The notes below the pieces were generated by a model that saw nothing but the letters and a program-made list of their open reading frames with translations, searched no databases and was not told where the DNA came from. Shown piece by piece: positions 38,426-46,735 of a stretch of 64,000 nt of DNA (positions are counted from its first letter, which is position 1; the number at the start of each line of letters is the position of its first letter). The translations under genes were made by a program, and so were the position numbers. This DNA is from Planctomycetota bacterium (lineage in GTDB: Bacteria > Planctomycetota > PLA2 > JAEUHO01): contig CBDCWP010000021.1 of the NCBI GenBank assembly GCA_965223505.1, forward strand, positions 288,001-352,000, given 5' to 3'.

Positions 38426-39543
38426 AGCTCGGCGTCGTCTGCTATCCGACCTTCGGCGGGTCCGGTGTCGTCGCGACGGAGCTGGGTCTCGGACTGGCGC
38501 AGCGCGGCCACGAGGTGCATTTGTTCTCGTACGCGCCCCCCGCCCGGCTCGACTCGTTCGACGAGCACATTCACATGCACGAGGTCGAGGTCTCGTCGTA
38601 TCCGCTCTTCAAGTACCCGCCGTACGACATCGCCTTGGCGTCGCGTCTCGCCGAGGTCGTCGAGGAGGCCGATCTCGACTTCGTGCACGTTCACTACGCG
38701 ATCCCGCACACGCTCGCGGCGCTGCTTGTGAAGGACATCCTCCGTCCGCGGCCCGTACCCGTCGTTACGACGTTGCACGGAACCGACATCACCGTGGTCG
38801 GGCAGGAGCGCTCGTACGAGCGCGTCACACGCTACGCGATCATGAACTCCGACATCGTCACGTCGGTGTCCGAGTACCTGCGCGCCGAGACCGAGCGCAT
38901 GTTCGACATCGACCGCGAGATCGCCGTCATCCCGAACTTCATCGACACCGAGCGGTTCCAGCCCGGCGGCGAACGTGTTCGCGGGTGTTTCTCCAAGGGC
39001 GCCGAGCGTGTACTCATGCACGTGAGCAACTTCCGGCCGGTCAAGCGAGCGGTGCGCGTCGTTGACGCGTTCGCCGAGCTCGCCGCCGACGTGCCGTCGA
39101 CGCTGGTGATGGTCGGCGACGGTCCCGAGCGCGCGCGTTGCGAGGCGCGGGTTCGCAAGCACGGGCTGCGTGATCGCGTGCGGTTCCTCGGCGCCCAGTC
39201 CGGTGTCGAACAGCTGCTGCCGGCCGCCGACGTCTTCCTGCTGCCGTCCGAATACGAGTCCTTCGGTCTCGCGGCGCTGGAGGCGATGGCGTGCGGCGTC
39301 GTGCCGATCGTGACGAACGCCGGCGGGCTTCCGGAGGTGATCCGGCACGATGTGGACGGTCTGCTCGTCCCCGACCCGCAGGTGGGCCAGCTCGGGTCGA
39401 TGACCCGCGATCTGTTGCTCGACGAAGAACGCCTGGCGCGAATGAAGGCGGCGGCGCGCGCGGCGGCGGTCGAGCGCTTCGATCGCCCCCGAATCGTCTC
39501 GCAGTACGAGTCCCTCTACGAGACGCTGTTGGCGGCACGCTGA
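38422..39543 (+). CDS. bshA: N-acetyl-alpha-D-glucosaminyl L-malate synthase
   Basis: CYPTFGGSGVVATELG, HVHYAIPH, TTLHGTDIT, HVSNFRPVKR and ESFGLAALEAM; GTGA overlap with bshB1. Confidence 0.94.
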   Translation: MKLGVVCYPTFGGSGVVATELGLGLAQRGHEVHLFSYAPPARLDSFDEHIHMHEVEVSSYPLFKYPPYDIALASRLAEVVEEADLDFVHVHYAIPHTLAALLVKDILRPRPVPVVTTLHGTDITVVGQERSYERVTRYAIMNSDIVTSVSEYLRAETERMFDIDREIAVIPNFIDTERFQPGGERVRGCFSKGAERVLMHVSNFRPVKRAVRVVDAFAELAADVPSTLVMVGDGPERARCEARVRKHGLRDRVRFLGAQSGVEQLLPAADVFLLPSEYESFGLAALEAMACGVVPIVTNAGGLPEVIRHDVDGLLVPDPQVGQLGSMTRDLLLDEERLARMKAAARAAAVERFDRPRIVSQYESLYETLLAAR

Positions 39544-39603
39544 GTAGGACGATCGGCGAACCCGGAATACCATCGCGCCACGAACCCGGAGATTCCCGTT
39601 CGC

Positions 39604-40449
39604 ATGGCCAAGAGCGATACCGCTTTCGACACCTACCTCAAGGAGATCCAGCAATACGACTTGCTGTCCGCCGACGAGGAAAAGGCGCTGGCGCGACGCA
39701 TCCAGAACCAGGACGTCGACCACGTAGACGCCATGATCGCGCGCAACGAGATGATTCGCGCCAATCTGCGGCTCGTCGTCTCGGTCGCGAAGCGCTACGG
39801 CGGCCGCGGTCTGACGCTCCCCGATCTCGTCGAGGAAGGCAACCTCGGGCTGGTGCACGCGGTGGAGAAGTTCGATCCGACCGTGGGCACGCGGTTCTCG
39901 ACGTACGGCACCTGGTGGATCAAGCAGGCGATTCGGCGCTCGTTGATGAACTCCGTGAAGACCGTTCGCATTCCGTCGTACCTGGTCGAGGAGCTGAACC
40001 GGTGGCGTTCGTTTGCGCGCAAGTTCCAACAGACGCACGGCCGCGAACCCGAAGAGGACGAGCTCGTCAAGGGCATGAACCCCCCGCCGGGCCGCCGCAA
40101 GCTGCTCCTGCGCCTCTTTCGTACGTCCGCGCCCGGCAACGCCTCCGTCTCCCTCGATCTCCTGTTCGAGACGGTCGACGCCGTCGTCGATCCGCGCGCC
40201 GAGCGTCCGGATCTCATCGACTTCGCCGCCTGGGAGCAGGACGGGCTCATGAAGCGCATCGACGACCTGCCTGAGCGCGAAGGCAAGATCCTGCGCCTGC
40301 GCTACGGGCTCGGCGACGTTGAGAGCCCGATGACGCTGCGCGAGATCGCAGCCGAGCTGGGCCTGTCGCGCGAACGCGTGCGACAGCTCGAACATGCCGC
40401 CGTGAAGCGACTGCGGCGTGAGATGGAAGGTCGCCCGAACGAGCGGTGA
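39604..40449 (+). CDS. RNA polymerase sigma factor, RpoD/RpoS family (group 2, no region 1.1)
   Basis: YLKEI..LLS..EE, NLRLVVSVAKRY, EGNLGL..AVEKFDP, FSTYGTWWIKQAI and TLREIA..LGLSRERVRQLE. Confidence 0.92.
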   Translation: MAKSDTAFDTYLKEIQQYDLLSADEEKALARRIQNQDVDHVDAMIARNEMIRANLRLVVSVAKRYGGRGLTLPDLVEEGNLGLVHAVEKFDPTVGTRFSTYGTWWIKQAIRRSLMNSVKTVRIPSYLVEELNRWRSFARKFQQTHGREPEEDELVKGMNPPPGRRKLLLRLFRTSAPGNASVSLDLLFETVDAVVDPRAERPDLIDFAAWEQDGLMKRIDDLPEREGKILRLRYGLGDVESPMTLREIAAELGLSRERVRQLEHAAVKRLRREMEGRPNER

Positions 40450-41663
40450 TGAACGCCGCGCTCGATCCGTTTCGACCGCTGGACGTCGTCGAGGCGAGCG
40501 ACATCGCGCACGTCTACGTGCACTACCCGTTCTGCGAGCGCAAGTGTCCCTATTGCGACTTCAATTCGCACGCGGGGCGCGACGCGGAGATCGACCGCTA
40601 CATCGACGCGCTGACGACCGAGGCGCGCGGGTGGCGCGCCCGAACGTCGGTGCAAACGCTGTTCGTCGGTGGCGGCACGCCGACGCATGCAAGCGCGGCC
40701 GCCCTGGATCGGTACCTGTCCGGCGTGATCGAAGCGCTGGGCGCGTCCGCGATCGAGGAGCTGACGATCGAGGCCAACCCGGGCTCGCTCGACCGCGAGA
40801 AGATCCGCGTGCTGAAGCGTGCCGGTGTGAATCGTGTCAGCGTGGGCGTGCAAAGCTTCGACGACCGCCATCTGCGGACGTTGGGGCGCATCCACGACGG
40901 CGCGGAGGCCGTGCGCGCCATACGCATGCTTCGCGAAGAAGGCATGCCGCGCGTTTCGCTCGACCTGATCCTGGCGACGCCGGGGCAGTCGTTACGCGAT
41001 CAGTCCGCCGATCTCGCGCAGGCCGTTGCGCTCGAGCCGGATCACATCAGCGCGTATGTCCTCACCTACGAAGAGGGCACCGCCTTTACACGCATGATGC
41101 GCGAAGGGCGCCTGCCCGCGCCCGAGGAGGAGCGCGAGCTCGATCACCTCGGGCTCGCGGTCGAGCGGCTCGAGGACGCGGGGTACCGGCGGTACGAGAT
41201 CAGCAACTTCGCGCGCCCCGGCGAAGAGAGCCGCCACAATCTCGCGTATTGGACCTATGCGGACTGGATCGGTCTCGGCGCCGGCGCGCACAGTCACGTC
41301 GGCGCGTGGCGATGGAAGAACGTCGACGATCCGGCTCGCTACACGGACGCAATCGAACGGGGCGGCGCGGCCGTCGTCGAGCACCAGCACATCGCTGCGG
41401 AGGATCGCCTCTTCGAGGCGTTGATGATGGGCCTGCGGCTGATCGACGGCGTTTGCATCGACGACGTGGTGGCGCGCACGGGTCTCGATCCCCGGTCTCG
41501 CTACCCGTCGCAGCTCGCGCAGTTCGCGTCGATGGGACTCTTGCGGACGTTCGAGGGGCGGGTCGCGCTCACGACGTCGGGCCTCGACGTCGCCAACGCC
41601 GTCATTCGTTCGTTCCTGCCACAAGTCGTGCCGTCGCCGACCTCGACACCGTCGGCTAGGTAG
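40446..41663 (+). CDS. hemW: Radical SAM heme chaperone HemW (HemN-like)
   Basis: YVHYPFCERKCPYCDFNS, GGGTP, EANP, GVQSF, YEISNF, HNLAYW and GAGAH. Confidence 0.9.
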   Translation: MMNAALDPFRPLDVVEASDIAHVYVHYPFCERKCPYCDFNSHAGRDAEIDRYIDALTTEARGWRARTSVQTLFVGGGTPTHASAAALDRYLSGVIEALGASAIEELTIEANPGSLDREKIRVLKRAGVNRVSVGVQSFDDRHLRTLGRIHDGAEAVRAIRMLREEGMPRVSLDLILATPGQSLRDQSADLAQAVALEPDHISAYVLTYEEGTAFTRMMREGRLPAPEEERELDHLGLAVERLEDAGYRRYEISNFARPGEESRHNLAYWTYADWIGLGAGAHSHVGAWRWKNVDDPARYTDAIERGGAAVVEHQHIAAEDRLFEALMMGLRLIDGVCIDDVVARTGLDPRSRYPSQLAQFASMGLLRTFEGRVALTTSGLDVANAVIRSFLPQVVPSPTSTPSAR

Positions 41664-42126
41664 GCTGAAAGCGCCCCTCGACGTACGACGTACCCTTCGG
41701 CGAGAGCTGATAGAGACCGCGCCGGCTGCCCTCCTGGAGATGCCCCAGCTTGCGCTTGAGAATGCCCAACGCGTTGTGGAGGTTCTTCGGGCGATCCAGA
41801 GAGAGCTTTTGGAAGCACCAAACGATGTCCTCCCCGGACACCTCCCGCCGGCCTTGCACGCTTTGGAGGTAATAGATGAAGAGCAAGATGCGATCTTGAA
41901 TGGCGCCGCGGCCCTCGCGCACCGGCCGGGCCGCGTAGAACGACTCGAGCGACTCGGGCGAGCTCACCTCGTCCTCTTCGCTGTCGACCGTCTCGCTGCC
42001 GACCGCGCTCTCCAGGAACTTCCGGAAGCGCTTGACCTGCTTCTCGACGAAGTCCTCGGTCCCGGCGAATTCGAGGTCGACCCCCTCCGCCGTGAATCGG
42101 AAGACCGTCTGCGGATCTTCGACCAT
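41656..42126 (-). CDS. Hypothetical protein, possibly with a C-terminal winged helix
   Basis: 156 aa; GGAGG RBS and upstream TACAAT; ends GLYQLSPKGTSYVE. Confidence 0.7.
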   Translation of the reverse strand: MVEDPQTVFRFTAEGVDLEFAGTEDFVEKQVKRFRKFLESAVGSETVDSEEDEVSSPESLESFYAARPVREGRGAIQDRILLFIYYLQSVQGRREVSGEDIVWCFQKLSLDRPKNLHNALGILKRKLGHLQEGSRRGLYQLSPKGTSYVEGRFQPT

Positions 42127-42272
42127 CGAACCCTCCGTTTCGGATTGTAGGCGCCATTGCAGGGGCGGACGGGAACGCAGAAACGGCGCTGATTCGAAGA
42201 CCGCGACACGCTACGCTGGGGCGGTGGAATCCGGCGAGAGCCGGCGATGGAAGGAAGACGGCGCGGCTGCCG

Positions 42273-42746
42273 TTGCGTGGGGATGTCGATGTGAGAACGC
42301 GATTGGAAACGATCCGAGTCGAACGAAGTGTGATTGCCGACGCGCTCGCGATTCACGGCGAGGCGAGGACCGCCGAGCTGGAGCGCGACCCATGCGGCTT
42401 CCTGCTCGGGACCGGGGAGGGGCGAGCGGCAGCCCTGGTCGAGCTGATCGTCGGCTCGAACACGCGCTACGCGCGCGAGACGGGGTTCTCGCTCTCCGCG
42501 ACCGAGCATCGCATCATCGCGGAGAAGGCCCGGCCTGCCGGCCGCCGCGTCGAGGGCCTGTGGGTCGTGCACCGCGACGGCCCCGCTCGACCGAGCCGCA
42601 TGGACCGCGAGACGCTCACGACGTTCGCCGCCGACGGCGGACCGTCACTCCTGCTCGTCGTGGGAATGGGGTCCGGCACGTCGACCGTGGTGCGCGCGTA
42701 CCGATGCCGAGACGATCAGGTGCAAGAGGTGCGCATCCGGACGTAG
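42273..42746 (+). CDS. JAB/MPN (Mov34)-like protein, degenerate
   Basis: PCGFLLG and VEGLWVVHRDGPARPSRMD resemble the JAMM motif E..HxH.....PS..D; start uncertain. Confidence 0.6.
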   Translation: MRGDVDVRTRLETIRVERSVIADALAIHGEARTAELERDPCGFLLGTGEGRAAALVELIVGSNTRYARETGFSLSATEHRIIAEKARPAGRRVEGLWVVHRDGPARPSRMDRETLTTFAADGGPSLLLVVGMGSGTSTVVRAYRCRDDQVQEVRIRT

Positions 42747-42789
42747 CCAGGTCCGGCCGTCTGTCCGGCCGGTCCCGTCGACGCGGCGA

Positions 42790-43899
42790 CTACTTCTCCT
42801 TCTTCTCGGCGGCTTCCTTGGACTTGCGCAGGCGCTGGAGCATCTCCTCCAGCATCTTGATCCGCCGCTCGAGCTGCTCCTCGTCGGGGCCGCCCATGCC
42901 GGGCCCCCCCATCGGTCCACCCATCCCGGGAACGCCGCGGCCGAATGGCGCAGCGCCGCGCTCGAGCTCCTTGCGGATCTCGGGCGGGATGGCGTCCTCG
43001 CGCTCCTTTGCGGCTTCTTCGCGGGCCTTGCGCGCATCCAACTGCTGTTTCAGCTCGTCGGCGTGCTTGCGCATCTCTTCCGCGCGCTTCTGCAACTGCT
43101 CCGCCATCTCGAGCGCCTGCTCCGGTGACATCGGGGCGCGGCCGCCCATGCCCATGCCGCGGCCGAAGCCGCCCATGCCGGGGGCGCCCATCCCCATGCC
43201 GCTGCCGCGGCCGAACGGGCCGTGGCGAAGCATTCCGCCGCGGCCGAACCAGCGCCGTCCCTGGCGGCCTTGCGGGACCTCGCGCCAGCCGGAGCCGTCG
43301 TTGACGAAGGTGCGGACCTGGTGCTCGGCGTGCATTCCGCCGGGACCGAACGGGCCGCCCCGCGGACCCATGCCCGGGAAGCCCCCCATCGGACCGTGGC
43401 CGCCCATCAGGCCTCGGAGCATCTCTTCCAGGTGCGGCGACGTGCCGTCACCGAACATGCCGAAGGCGCCCGCGTCGCCACGGCCGCAACGCGGGCAAGG
43501 CTCGTCCTTGGCGCCGCCCTCTCCCAAGGCTCGACCGCGCGGACCCATGGCGTCACGCATGAACTTCCGAATCAACTTCTGAAGGGCCGCCGGGTCGACG
43601 TCTTCACCGAAGAATCCTTCGAGCCCCTTGTTGAACGGGATCGCCGCGTCGCCCTCGATGAGATCCTCGAGGTCGAACTCCTGCATCTTGCCGTCGGGCC
43701 CCAGGATCTTGATGCGGCCCCTGATGACGGTCTTGTCGTTGACGGTCTTGCCGTCCTTCGATTCGATCTCGACCTCTCGACCCTTCTCCGCCTCCGTGGG
43801 CTCGACCTTCTTCTCTCCCTCCTCGTCGGCGAGCGCCAACGACGGTGCGAGAGCGAGCGCCCCCACGAGCAACAGGGCGTACGTCTTGATTCGTCGCAT
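42790..43899 (-). CDS. Exported Gly/Met/Pro-rich low-complexity protein with a coiled coil
   Basis: Signal peptide MRRIKTYALLLVGALALAPSLALA|DEE; GGPGMGG-like tracts; C-terminal coiled coil. Confidence 0.75.
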   Translation of the reverse strand: MRRIKTYALLLVGALALAPSLALADEEGEKKVEPTEAEKGREVEIESKDGKTVNDKTVIRGRIKILGPDGKMQEFDLEDLIEGDAAIPFNKGLEGFFGEDVDPAALQKLIRKFMRDAMGPRGRALGEGGAKDEPCPRCGRGDAGAFGMFGDGTSPHLEEMLRGLMGGHGPMGGFPGMGPRGGPFGPGGMHAEHQVRTFVNDGSGWREVPQGRQGRRWFGRGGMLRHGPFGRGSGMGMGAPGMGGFGRGMGMGGRAPMSPEQALEMAEQLQKRAEEMRKHADELKQQLDARKAREEAAKEREDAIPPEIRKELERGAAPFGRGVPGMGGPMGGPGMGGPDEEQLERRIKMLEEMLQRLRKSKEAAEKKEK

Positions 43900-44032
43900 C
43901 GGTCTTCTCCATCGCAGTTCGGTTGCGGCTCGGAGCGGGCTCATTCGCTGCAGGACATCGGGCCGCCGTCTTGCCTTCCTACGCCCCGCGCGTCCCGACC
44001 GTTGGGCCCAAAACCCCCGTCCGGGGTCCGGA

Positions 44033-44755
44033 TCAGCGGCCGACCAGCAGCCGGTCGCCCAGGATCGGGGGCAGACCCGCGTCGATGATGGTGCGCGCGG
44101 CGGCCTCGATGTCGTATTCGACGCGGCGCATTTCGAGCACACGTGCGTCCGGATCGTAAATCCCGAAAGCCGCCCGTGGATCTTCGTCGCGGGGTTGGCC
44201 GACGCTACCGACGTTGGCGATCGCGAGGCGATCCTCCATCTCGACGGTGTCGTCGATGGTGTACGTCACGGGCGTCCCGTAGAAGAACGTGACGGGAATG
44301 TGGCTGTGGCCGACGAAGCCTGTGCGCGTCGTCCAGCGCCTGGAACGACAGATACGCATCGTAAGGCGTTTGTAAGTAGTCGAAGCGGTCGGGGTCGTGG
44401 ACGGTTCCGTGAGCGAGCGTGATGTCGCGGACGAGTCGCCAGGGCTCGAGGGATCCCAGCCACTTCACGTCCTTGCGGCCGAGCTCATTGCGCGTCCAGT
44501 GAATCGCCGCCCGCGCCCTGCTGATTGAAGTAGTTGAGCGAAAGCCGCCCGGCGACGCCCCAGTCGTGGTTGCCGGCGACCAGGAAGGGGTCCAGCTCGC
44601 GCACCATGTCGATGACGGGCTTCGGGTCGGCGCCGTACCCGACGAGGTCACCCAGGCACAGATATCCGTCGACACCCTCGCGCTCGAGCGCGGCCCGTCA
44701 CGGCCTGCATCGCTTGCAGGTTGCTGTGGATGTCACCGAGAACGCCGTACCGCAA
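44033..44755 (-). pseudogene. Metallophosphoesterase (calcineurin-like) interrupted by three frameshifts; pseudogene or assembly error
   Basis: GDIHSN, then CLGDLVGYG..AGNHD, then AHG, then GHSH..NVGSVGQPRD occur in successive frames, with shifts near 44695, 44517 and 44330. Confidence 0.8.
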
Positions 44756-44816
44756 CTTCGCTCCGACCGCCTTGCAGCTAGGGCGACAACGGTGTCGCCG
44801 CTACGGGTCCCCTGAT

Positions 44817-45497
44817 CTACGTCCGCGGCTCGACCGGCCGCACCAACGCGAGGGTCAAGAGCAACAGCCCCGCGGTGGCGGCGGAAGTATAGCCCAGCGT
44901 GCTGAGTGCTCCTCCGGTGTCCCGAGGGCCCGGCAGCCAGACGGCAATGGCCGCTCCAACCTTGCCGCCGCCGAGAGTGCTCCATGGCAGGTGGCCGATG
45001 ACCCACAGCGCGAGGACGGCGATCGTCGTCGCGACGGCGTTCCACCTCGTACCGAGCAGCACGACCCACGCCCCCACCATGCCGCATGCACATATACTTG
45101 TAGTTAGCAAGTAATGAAGCGAAGGAAGGCTCACGGCGCCTGTGGCGCTTGTGAGCAGCGCGACGCCGGTGGCGGCGACCACGCCGGCAGCCGTGCCCCC
45201 GACCCAGCGCCCAAGCACGCGGCCGAAGGGGCCTGGCCGCGCGGCATCTGCCGCGAGCGCAAATCCAGAGTCGCCGTCTTCCTCTTGCAGGCGTCCCAGA
45301 ACGGCGAGTGTCACGAGAACGCCGAACAGCTGGCTCGTGCCGACCACGAGGTCGCGCGCTTGGTCCTCCGCACGTTCGATGGCGAGGATCGCAAGCGTAG
45401 TCGCGAACCACCCGGCGAAAGCCCCCACGCCGAGCAGCAGCCATGCGAGCGCGCTCGTGACAGCCTCTCGAAGCGTCGACCTTGCGTATGCCCACAT
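44817..45497 (-). CDS. Multi-TM membrane protein (ABC-2 permease-like)
   Basis: About 6 hydrophobic segments from MWAYARSTLREA; RP..FGRVLGRWVG pattern. Confidence 0.6.
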   Translation of the reverse strand: MWAYARSTLREAVTSALAWLLLGVGAFAGWFATTLAILAIERAEDQARDLVVGTSQLFGVLVTLAVLGRLQEEDGDSGFALAADAARPGPFGRVLGRWVGGTAAGVVAATGVALLTSATGAVSLPSLHYLLTTSICACGMVGAWVVLLGTRWNAVATTIAVLALWVIGHLPWSTLGGGKVGAAIAVWLPGPRDTGGALSTLGYTSAATAGLLLLTLALVRPVEPRT

Positions 45498-45540
45498 GAG
45501 TTCGATGTACCAGCGAACACCGACCAGGTCGACGGGCGAT

Positions 45541-45556
45541 TGTTCCCCGGGGAACA
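45541..45556. promoter_or_regulatory. parS-like 16-bp palindrome, copy 1 (TGTTCCCCGGGGAACA)
   Basis: Perfect palindrome with parS-type TGTT..AACA ends, about 235 bp upstream of parB. Confidence 0.75.
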
Positions 45557-45577
45557 TTCGCCGGCATGATTCGACGA

Positions 45578-45593
45578 TGTTCCCCGGGGAACA
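45578..45593. promoter_or_regulatory. parS-like 16-bp palindrome, copy 2 (TGTTCCCCGGGGAACA)
   Basis: Identical copy starting 37 bp after copy 1; extends to the 20-bp palindrome GATGTT...AACATC. Confidence 0.75.
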
Positions 45594-45791
45594 TCCGGCC
45601 GCCGTCCCAGCCGATCTATCACGGTGGGGGGGGTTGCGGGAGCCTGGAAGGGAAGGGACCTGAGCGTGGGTCCGTGGCGCAGCCCTTGTGGCTGCCCAAC
45701 CGTGCAGTTGCGCAGCCAGCACACAGTCGGGGAGTTGGCCTACATTGGGTTGGCGACCGACGACGACGTCTTTGAGACCGGAGCAAGAACC

Positions 45792-46682
45792 GTGAAAGCG
45801 AAGCGATTGGGTAGGGGCCTGAGCGGCCTCATTCACCGTACCGAGAAGCCGGCCTCCGGCGAGAAGGTCGTCACGCCGCCGACGCCCAGGCCGGAACGAT
45901 ACCGTGGCCCCGTGCGTGAGCTCTCGCCGGATGAGATCCGTCCGAACCCGTTTCAGCCGCGGGCGAGCTTCGACGTCGGCGAACTGGAGGAGTTGAAGCA
46001 GTCGATCGCCGAGCACGGCATCCTGCAGCCCCTCGCGGTCCGCACGGCGGAGCCCGGCTACGAGGTCATCGCCGGGGAGCGTCGGTTGCGAGCCGCCCGC
46101 GAGCTCGGCCTCGCCAAGGTGCCGGTGCTCGTGCGCGCCGCCACCGACGAAGAGATGCAGACGCTGGCGCTGGTCGAGAACGTGCAGCGTGTCGATCTCA
46201 ATCCGATCGAAAAGGCGCGGGCCCTGAAGGCGATGATGCGCAACTTCAGCTTGACGCAAGAAGACGTAGCCGAGCGCGTTGGCAAGGCGAGAACGACGAT
46301 CGCCAATCTCGTCCGCATCCTCGACTTGCCCGACGTGATCCAGTCAATGGTGGAGGACGGTCAGCTCTCCGCCGCGCACGCGCGGGCGATTCTCCAGGCC
46401 GAGGGCGTCGAGCGTCGGGTGAAGCTCGCCGAGCAGGCCGTGCGAGCCGGCTGGTCCGTTCGCGAAGTCGAGCGACGTGCACGCAAGGGGCCGACGGTGG
46501 GGGCCCGTCGCAAGAGGGGTGTCGAGGCGGACCCCTATGTCGCGGACCTCGAGAACCGCTTGCGGCAGGCCCTGAGCACGCGGGTCAAGATCCGCAAGAA
46601 GCGCGAAGGCGGCACGATCGAGGTGAGCTACCACAACGCCGATGATCTGGATCGGTTGCTCGAGATCCTCGACGCCAGCTAG
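45792..46682 (+). CDS. parB: Chromosome partitioning protein ParB/Spo0J
   Basis: LGRGL ParA-binding peptide, PNPFQPR, GILQP, IAGERR (CTP-binding), ENVQR.DLNPIE, HTH and SVREVE; GGAG RBS before GTG 45792. Confidence 0.95.
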   Translation: MKAKRLGRGLSGLIHRTEKPASGEKVVTPPTPRPERYRGPVRELSPDEIRPNPFQPRASFDVGELEELKQSIAEHGILQPLAVRTAEPGYEVIAGERRLRAARELGLAKVPVLVRAATDEEMQTLALVENVQRVDLNPIEKARALKAMMRNFSLTQEDVAERVGKARTTIANLVRILDLPDVIQSMVEDGQLSAAHARAILQAEGVERRVKLAEQAVRAGWSVREVERRARKGPTVGARRKRGVEADPYVADLENRLRQALSTRVKIRKKREGGTIEVSYHNADDLDRLLEILDAS

Positions 46683-46735
46683 CGCGCTCCTGGGGTGATG
46701 CTAACAGAGTACGAACAGAAGCCAGGGGAAGCCGA

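Noticed and set aside
45541..45593. Two identical palindromic repeats with a 21-nt gap as a mini-CRISPR array
   Set aside because: There are only two 16-bp units and no cas genes; the parS-like sequence next to parB explains them better.
45624..45791. N-terminal extensions in the ORF track (parB, htrA, cyclase, trpG, kdsC, FGE, UbiA, HEAT protein)
   Set aside because: Downstream starts fit the RBS, stop-start overlaps, signal peptides or family N-termini better.
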